A DNA stretch of 64,000 bases, from positions 352,001 through 416,000 of the forward strand of contig CAWHVC010000005.1 of the NCBI GenBank assembly GCA_963832745.1. Direction: 5' to 3'. Shown here piece after piece: positions 57,895 to 64,000 of the stretch. The stretch's first letter is position 1. Every line of letters begins with the position of its first letter. Both the position numbers and the translations under genes were made by a program. A model generated the notes under the pieces. That model was not told the DNA's origin, ran no database searches, and was given only the letters and a program-made list of their open reading frames with translations. Source of the DNA: Candidatus Bathyarchaeota archaeon (lineage in GTDB: Archaea > Thermoproteota > Bathyarchaeia > Bathyarchaeales > Bathycorpusculaceae).

Positions 57895-58401
57895 ATTTGG
57901 AAAAAAACTCTCTTATTATTTTCAGCGACTGCATTATTGTTTGTTTCAGGTGTTTGCGCGTCTGATGTCGATCAACAGTTTACTGTTGATTTGGGGTATT
58001 ACACATTGTATCACTTGCGGCTCGATGCTGGCAATTACGTCAATGGCACATTCTCGGTGTACCCCACAGGGCTTTACTTTTCAATAATAGATCCACAAGG
58101 AAACAAAATCCTTGATTATGGTTTAGTAAACAAAACATACACATTCGACTTCACAGCCAACCTTTCAGGAACTTATGAACTTAATTTTTCAAACCCTATT
58201 GACCTCAATCTTCCATCCTCAGCTATGCACTCACAGATCATAACGTTAAAAGTGGACACCCCGCAACCTGACCCCATCAGAATCAACTATGATGTTTTCA
58301 TCACTATAATTGGAGTAGTTGTGGCTGGAGGAGTTGTTGCTTATGCAGTAATTAGGAACCGCAAAAACTGGTCTAAAAATCGCCAAACCAAACAGCCTTA
58401 A
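57895..58401 (+). CDS. single-pass surface protein with GOLD/emp24-like beta domain
   Basis: GNYVNGTFSV, FSIIDPQGNKI, FDFTA..GTYELNFSN, C-terminal TM helix; signal peptide extends upstream of the ORF-track start. Confidence 0.7.
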   Translation: MWKKTLLLFSATALLFVSGVCASDVDQQFTVDLGYYTLYHLRLDAGNYVNGTFSVYPTGLYFSIIDPQGNKILDYGLVNKTYTFDFTANLSGTYELNFSNPIDLNLPSSAMHSQIITLKVDTPQPDPIRINYDVFITIIGVVVAGGVVAYAVIRNRKNWSKNRQTKQP

Positions 58402-58722
58402 GCTTATCAGTTTTTTCTTAAGAAAGCCACCTGATGCAAGGCATTTTTTTTAACAAGGAAATGCTTTACTGAAAAAATAGGATTACGTCTAAACGCAACC
58501 TCCATTTTTACATTAACCCTCAAATTTAGCAGCGATAGAAAAAAGAGAACTTTATCAGTACAAAATAAGGGATGTCTCGATAACTTTTTGGTTCAAATTT
58601 TTGCACAAGAAAAACTGATTCAAAGGCATTTTTGGAGAAGCATCAATATTTGTCTCCTTAAAGTGGGCTTTAGAAAACAAAAAGCTAAAAAAAGAAGCGG
58701 TTTTGTGCCAAAAAATGGGGGT

Positions 58723-59469
58723 TTAGATGCTTGCTTTATTGAGGGCATACATGCTTCCTATGAAAAACGCCAAACCGAAACCTAACAGAACCGCCAGAGA
58801 TAGCCATGGAAAAGCATCTCCCAAAGCCGCTGCCCGCAAACATACACTTGACTGGGTAAGAGGCAAAGTTGACAACACAATTTTGGCTGCATCCGGCAAC
58901 TGGTTTAGTGAAAAGAATGTGCCGCAAAGGAAAGTCATCGGTAGAATAACCAGGTTGCTGAACGTATTCATGTTTTGATGACTATTTATCACCAGAGCTA
59001 CAAGCACACCGAAGAGCGAAAATGCAAAGCAGGAAACTATCAGCGACACAATGAAAAGGGGATTAACAATCAAAGTTGGTGACAACAATAAGCCAACCGC
59101 TAATATTGCAGATGCACTTAAGAGCCCCCGTAAGGCACCGATTAGCGTTTTGCCCAATATGATTGAGTATGGCTGGATTGGCGACATTAAGAGTTCGTCG
59201 AAGCTTTTGTAGAATAAACGGTCTACCTGAAGTTTTGAGGCTGCACCGTTGAAACTGGCAGAAAAAGCGGTTAACGCAACGATTCCGGGCACGACAAATG
59301 CAAGGTAGCTGACTTCGCCGACGCTGACATCTCTGCCTAAACCGTAACCAAAAGCCACTAAATACAGCAATGGCAAAATAAGGCTGGTAACTACAGTAGA
59401 ACGCCAATGTCTCCTTAAATTACGCAAATCAACCCAAAACACTGAGTAAATATCACTTAAAGCATTCAT
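58723..59469 (-). CDS. ABC-2 type permease
   Basis: YLAFVVPGIVA, IILGK, PMTFLCGTFF, LPLT. Confidence 0.92.
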   Translation of the reverse strand: MNALSDIYSVFWVDLRNLRRHWRSTVVTSLILPLLYLVAFGYGLGRDVSVGEVSYLAFVVPGIVALTAFSASFNGAASKLQVDRLFYKSFDELLMSPIQPYSIILGKTLIGALRGLLSASAILAVGLLLSPTLIVNPLFIVSLIVSCFAFSLFGVLVALVINSHQNMNTFSNLVILPMTFLCGTFFSLNQLPDAAKIVLSTLPLTQSSVCLRAAALGDAFPWLSLAVLLGFGLAFFIGSMYALNKASI

Positions 59470-60332
59470 TAAGCATCACCTACTTTTTCACCGGTCTGTT
59501 CAACAAAGACGTCTTCCAGGTTTGTTTCACGTATAATGATAGTTTTAGCGTCAACTGACAGGTTTTGGATGTGCCGTGTTGCTTCTGCACGATCTGGGAA
59601 ATATTGATAATGGGTTTCTTTGTTGTCAACAAGGGTTTCTACCGTTATTTGGCCTAGCTTTTTTCTTAATTCTTTAGGGGTGTCCAATGCTATTAATCCG
59701 CCATGATGCATTATTCCAACGCGTCCACAGAGGGCTTCGGCTTCTTCAATATAATGGGTTGTTAAGAAAATGGTTGTGCCATCCAAGTTTAAGCGCCGTA
59801 TTAAATCCCACAGTTTGCGGCGGGCTTGAGGGTCCAAACCTACGGTTGGTTCATCTAAGAACAGGACTGAAGGCTCATGAAGCAGGCTGCAGATGATGGC
59901 TGCTTTTTTCTTCATGCCACCAGACAGAGTGTCAACCATTTTGTCGGCATATTCGGTGAGTTCTACGTAGGTTAGCAATTCAGAAATGCGTTGTTTACGG
60001 TTAGAACCATCTAAATGGTGAAGTCTAGCGTGAAATTCCATGTTTTCTTTAACGGTTAAATCACGGTCTAAACTGATATGTTGCTGAACTACGCCGATTA
60101 CTTCTTTGACTTTTTCAGGCTCTTTTAACACATCAAAGCCACCTACTAACGCTGTTCCTGAAGTAGGCTTAGTTAAAGTAGTTAAGACACGAATAGTCGT
60201 GGTTTTTCCTGCACCGTTTGGACCTAAAAAACCAAAGATTTCGCCTTTATGAATGGACAAGTCAAGGTCGTTTATGGCTTTGATGTTAGCGTATTGTTTG
60301 GTTAATTTTTTTGTTGAAATGAAATCTTGCAT
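59469..60332 (-). CDS. ABC transporter ATP-binding protein (DrrA-like)
   Basis: GPNGAGKTT, LSGGM, LFLDEPTVGLDP, LTTHYIEEAE. Confidence 0.95.
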   Translation of the reverse strand: MQDFISTKKLTKQYANIKAINDLDLSIHKGEIFGFLGPNGAGKTTTIRVLTTLTKPTSGTALVGGFDVLKEPEKVKEVIGVVQQHISLDRDLTVKENMEFHARLHHLDGSNRKQRISELLTYVELTEYADKMVDTLSGGMKKKAAIICSLLHEPSVLFLDEPTVGLDPQARRKLWDLIRRLNLDGTTIFLTTHYIEEAEALCGRVGIMHHGGLIALDTPKELRKKLGQITVETLVDNKETHYQYFPDRAEATRHIQNLSVDAKTIIIRETNLEDVFVEQTGEKVGDA

Positions 60333-60342
60333 ACAAATGCTC

Positions 60343-61101
60343 CTAATTGTCATGTTTTTTTAATGCGTCGGTTACGGCAGTTTTGGCTGCTGCACCGATT
60401 AACTCACCCATTTTTGTGTGCCCGCCAGTGTGGCAAATGACATTTGTTGGGTCGGTTCCTGAAACTATAATCATGCTGTCGGTTCCTGTACCTGTTGCTT
60501 GGATTTTTGGCGAACTGGAACTGCGGTAATCGAGGTCTTGAAGTGCAGCGGTTTTGGCTTCAGTTGCGGTCATGATTGCTCTGGCCATGGCGCCTTCAGT
60601 TAGGACAACATTAGTTAACAAGAGAATGTTTATAGTTCCTGAAGCCATTTGGAAGCCTTCACTTTTTTCCAGCCAACCACCTATGTCTACGCCGGTTCGA
60701 AGCGCATTGTTTTTGGCGCCTGCAGTTGCTAAGCAGCAAACGTGGAAGTCTTTGTATGATTTTTCGTTTACAGCTAACTTTTCCATGTCTACTCCTGTGC
60801 TCATCAAGGCTATTTCGGACGGTTTAATTCCTAGTGTGAGGGGCAAGGTTTTTTGAAATTTTTGGTAGGCTTTTATGGTCATTATTTCTTCGGAGAGTCG
60901 CAGTGGAACGTAAGTGTTTGCTACGTGGTTGACTTTTTTTAGTCCGTCAAGGGTTGAGAGCACCTTACGTTTTTCCACAAAAGAGATTAGTAAAGTGTTT
61001 AATTCTACGTCGTTGTATGAATGATAAACTATTTTGACATCTATTGGATCTAATTCAAGATTTACTCGTGTTTCTTTAAATTTTGTTAAATCATATTTCA
61101 A
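60343..61101 (-). CDS. cbiZ: adenosylcobinamide amidohydrolase
   Basis: TGVDM, ATAG..NA, GTINI, TATEAKTAAL, ATGTGTD, GGHTKMGELIG. Confidence 0.9.
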   Translation of the reverse strand: MKYDLTKFKETRVNLELDPIDVKIVYHSYNDVELNTLLISFVEKRKVLSTLDGLKKVNHVANTYVPLRLSEEIMTIKAYQKFQKTLPLTLGIKPSEIALMSTGVDMEKLAVNEKSYKDFHVCCLATAGAKNNALRTGVDIGGWLEKSEGFQMASGTINILLLTNVVLTEGAMARAIMTATEAKTAALQDLDYRSSSSPKIQATGTGTDSMIIVSGTDPTNVICHTGGHTKMGELIGAAAKTAVTDALKKHDN

Positions 61102-61133
61102 ATTTATTTTCTCCTCATCAATTCAATATTTGA

Positions 61134-64000
61134 TTATTTTTCGTTTGATTCTTCAAGCAAACCTTCCACGTTTAAACAGATTTTTTGAAGAGCCCGTTTC
61201 ATTTCCTCAGAAGCATTCCACATGTTGCGTTCAATAGCTTCCAGCAGACGTTCAACCATGTTTTGAAGCGCATACGGGTTAACCTCTTCAAGCCACTGCT
61301 GCATAGCTTTGTCTAAAACGTATTTTTTCGCCAAATCCTCATACATCCAATCCTCAACAACCTCAACCGTAGCATCCCAACCCAAAACGTTATCCAACGT
61401 TTTAGAGAGGTCAGCGGCGCCTTGGTATCCATGACGCTTCATGCTTTCAATGTACTTAGGGTTGAGAAGACGTGAACGGAAAACGGTGCAGGTTTCTTCT
61501 GCAGTGCTCCTCACTTTCACTCGGTTAGGGTCTGAACTGTCGCCACAGTATGAACGGGGTACCTTGCCACCAGTAACTTTTACAGCAGTAATCATGCCGC
61601 CGTGAGCATCATACCAGTCGTCGCCATCCAAAATGTCATATTCACGTGAATCCTGATTTTTTACGGTAACATTGATTCTGCTTAGGCACCGTTTGAACTG
61701 TTCAGGCATTTGACGCCCGTAGGTTTTACGGGTGTAGGCGTAGCTGCCCCAGTTGATGTAGATGTCGCTTAGGTCTTTTTGGTCTTTCCAGTTTTTAGAA
61801 TCTACTGCTTCGCTTACTCCACAACCATAAGCGCCTGGACGGTCACCGAAAACTCGGTAAAGGGCTTCTTCATGCGCTACTTTAGCAGCTACACCTTTTG
61901 CCGTTTGTTCCGAAACTTGAGTTTCTACATGTTTAGCGATAAAATTCTGTTCAGGAGACTCTTTTAAACCTGCAATTAAGCTTACAGCTTCATCCAGTAA
62001 ATTGACAACGTTTGGGAAGGTGTCACGGAATAATCCGCTTATCCGCATGGTAACGTCAATCCGGGGCCTCTTCAATTCTTCAAGAGGTATTGCTTGGATG
62101 CCGGTGACTCTGCCGCTAGACCGTTCCCACACGGGCTTTACACCCATCAAGTACAGGATTTCAGCGATGTCATCGCCTTTGGTTTTCATTATGTCGGTGG
62201 CCCAAATGATTATACCAACGCTTTCAGGGTATTTGCCTTCTTCTTTGAGGTAACGTTCCAGCAAAGCGTCTCCCAGAGCCACGCCAACTTTCCATGAAGC
62301 CGTTGTAGGGACGGTTCGGGGGTCTACTGAATAAAAGTTTCTGCCGGTAGGCAAAATGTCAGCCATTCCCCGAGTGATGGAACCAGAAGGACCAGGTGGA
62401 ACGTAACCTGCAGAGCAACCAGAAATAGTGTTAGTTAACTCGTCAGTGGTAGCGGCTAATGCAGGTGCAAGAAAGTTTACTATGTAATAGAGGACACTGT
62501 GAACTTGGGGGTCATCTTTGCCGAGCACTTCAAAGAGTATTTTGGGAATGGCTTGCTCATTGAAGTTTTGAGCGTGCAGTTTCTGGATGAGTTCAAGCGA
62601 AACCTCGTAGAGTTCTTTGAGTCGGTCGCCGTTGGTTTTGTCGTCACTGCAGAGTTTGCCTCGATGCACCAGCAGGTCTTCATAGTCATAGCCGTAATGT
62701 TCCGCAAGAGATTCACGCAGTGAAGGCACAGAACCGTTACTTAAACGGGTTAAAGTAACCAGAAATTCGTCCAACTGTTGGTCTTTTGGCGCTTCACCTA
62801 AAATGTGCATGCCATCACGTATTTGGGCATCCGACAACTCGTTAATGTAACCGTGAAGCCTCTCCAAGAAATCGTCAAAATCAGCAAACACGGCGTCTTG
62901 GGTAACGTTTAGGTCTTGGTCAAGTTTTGCTTGAACCACGTTTTCCCAGATTAAGTTACGGTAAACAGGTAGTTTATCTGGATCAACGATTTTTGCGTGG
63001 TAATACTCTTGGAGTTGAACTTCAAGTTTCGCCAGTTCCTCGTAAGAGTCGGCGTTGTGCATAACTGGAACAAGATACTCTATGATACAGCAGTAGCTTC
63101 GCCGTTTAGCTTGAGTGCCTTCGCCGGGGTTAGTGATTACGTATGGGTAAATGTTTGGTAAATCAGAAATTGCAATGTCAGGCTGGCAAGAAGCAGATAA
63201 CCCAACAGATTTTCCAGGTAACCATTCGAGTGAGCCGTGAGTACCGATGTGCATGATTACGTTGGCTTTAAACACGTCACGTATCCAACGGTAGTATGAA
63301 TGGTAATGATGAGGCATGGTTATGTCTGGGCTATGGTAAAGGCTTGAAGATGAAGTATCTAAGTAGCCGCGTGGAGGCTGCAGTCCTATGAATACGTTGC
63401 CGTTGATTATGCCTGCAACTAACAGTTTGTCATTGAAGGTGAAGATTTTGCCTGGATGCGTTCCCCAGTCCGTATCCATTTTGCTGGAAACGTCAAGAGG
63501 CAACTCGTTAAACCATTCCGTGTACTGTTTGCTTGAGATTTTGTCTAAGGCGCGGTCATAGAGTTCTTTGGGGCTTGCCCATCTGCGGTCGTTTGTTAAA
63601 CCGTTAATTATTGTGTCCATTAGTTTTTGGCTGCTTTCAGGCAACGCATCAAGAGTATAGCCTTCAGTTTTTAGTGCTTTCAGGATATTCATAACTGATA
63701 CGGAAGAATCCAAGCCAAACGCGTGTCCAATGGTGTCATTTCTTGGCGGATAATTATGAAAAATAATCGCAACTTTCTTTTCACCGTTAGTTAACCTGCG
63801 CAGTTTACCCCAGTTTATAACTAAATGAACGAGTTTCTGTATTCGTTCAGGCAATGGCTCATATTTGATTAGCCGCGTCTTTGTGGATGAGTTAGTTTGA
63901 CAGCAATCCATAGCGGCAACTGGCACAGTTATCAATGCACCATCCAATTCGGGCAATGCTACATTCGCAGGTATATCCATGATGCTTAAGCCTTGAATGG
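61134..64000 (-). CDS. cobN: cobaltochelatase subunit CobN, 5' part outside the window
   Basis: ALPELDG, HIGTHGSLEWLPGK, NPGEGTQAKRR, LPTGRNFY, RPRIDV..RISGLFRD, LLNPKYIESMKRHGY. Confidence 0.96.
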   Translation of the reverse strand, partial: IQGLSIMDIPANVALPELDGALITVPVAAMDCCQTNSSTKTRLIKYEPLPERIQKLVHLVINWGKLRRLTNGEKKVAIIFHNYPPRNDTIGHAFGLDSSVSVMNILKALKTEGYTLDALPESSQKLMDTIINGLTNDRRWASPKELYDRALDKISSKQYTEWFNELPLDVSSKMDTDWGTHPGKIFTFNDKLLVAGIINGNVFIGLQPPRGYLDTSSSSLYHSPDITMPHHYHSYYRWIRDVFKANVIMHIGTHGSLEWLPGKSVGLSASCQPDIAISDLPNIYPYVITNPGEGTQAKRRSYCCIIEYLVPVMHNADSYEELAKLEVQLQEYYHAKIVDPDKLPVYRNLIWENVVQAKLDQDLNVTQDAVFADFDDFLERLHGYINELSDAQIRDGMHILGEAPKDQQLDEFLVTLTRLSNGSVPSLRESLAEHYGYDYEDLLVHRGKLCSDDKTNGDRLKELYEVSLELIQKLHAQNFNEQAIPKILFEVLGKDDPQVHSVLYYIVNFLAPALAATTDELTNTISGCSAGYVPPGPSGSITRGMADILPTGRNFYSVDPRTVPTTASWKVGVALGDALLERYLKEEGKYPESVGIIIWATDIMKTKGDDIAEILYLMGVKPVWERSSGRVTGIQAIPLEELKRPRIDVTMRISGLFRDTFPNVVNLLDEAVSLIAGLKESPEQNFIAKHVETQVSEQTAKGVAAKVAHEEALYRVFGDRPGAYGCGVSEAVDSKNWKDQKDLSDIYINWGSYAYTRKTYGRQMPEQFKRCLSRINVTVKNQDSREYDILDGDDWYDAHGGMITAVKVTGGKVPRSYCGDSSDPNRVKVRSTAEETCTVFRSRLLNPKYIESMKRHGYQGAADLSKTLDNVLGWDATVEVVEDWMYEDLAKKYVLDKAMQQWLEEVNPYALQNMVERLLEAIERNMWNASEEMKRALQKICLNVEGLLEESNEK

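Noticed and set aside
1-64000. Many antisense ORFs in the track; tRNA, rRNA, integrase or transposase genes
   Set aside because: The antisense ORFs are shadows of well-supported genes; I recognised no RNA-gene or mobile-element signatures by eye, so tRNAscan-SE and ISEScan are needed to exclude them

Overview
Archaeal chromosomal window. The gene set (cdvABC, RbkR, RibL, Dph5, AcdB, many secreted beta-helix/Kelch/PKD proteins with C-terminal anchors) fits Bathyarchaeia or another TACK lineage; that assignment is inference. Most of the window is tetrapyrrole/cobalamin metabolism: hemA-cbiX/C-D-E-T-L-F-G-H on the minus strand, a divergent amidotransferase-sirC-hemB-L-C-cobA-hemD operon, cbiMNQO plus a His-rich Ni/Co permease with a divergent regulator, apgM-like/cobD/cbiB, and cobN-cbiZ-ABC. 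It also holds a four-gene Cdv/ESCRT-III division operon, riboflavin/FAD and diphthamide genes, and a heliorhodopsin. Best observations: (1) the heliorhodopsin/flavin-binding/SOUL block is bracketed by the cbiH 3' end and a diverged relic copy of that same end; (2) CdvA shares a MIM2-like DLPEPPV motif with CdvB; (3) an ApgM-family gene leads the cobD-cbiB operon; (4) several unannotated microproteins, long intergenic hairpins and a 10-bp-phased TTGAC array; (5) four single-base +1 frameshifts (cbiH, cbiX-cbiC, two in a Kelch gene) that may be assembly errors. I recognised no tRNA, rRNA, CRISPR array or transposase. All calls were made by eye, with no database searches.
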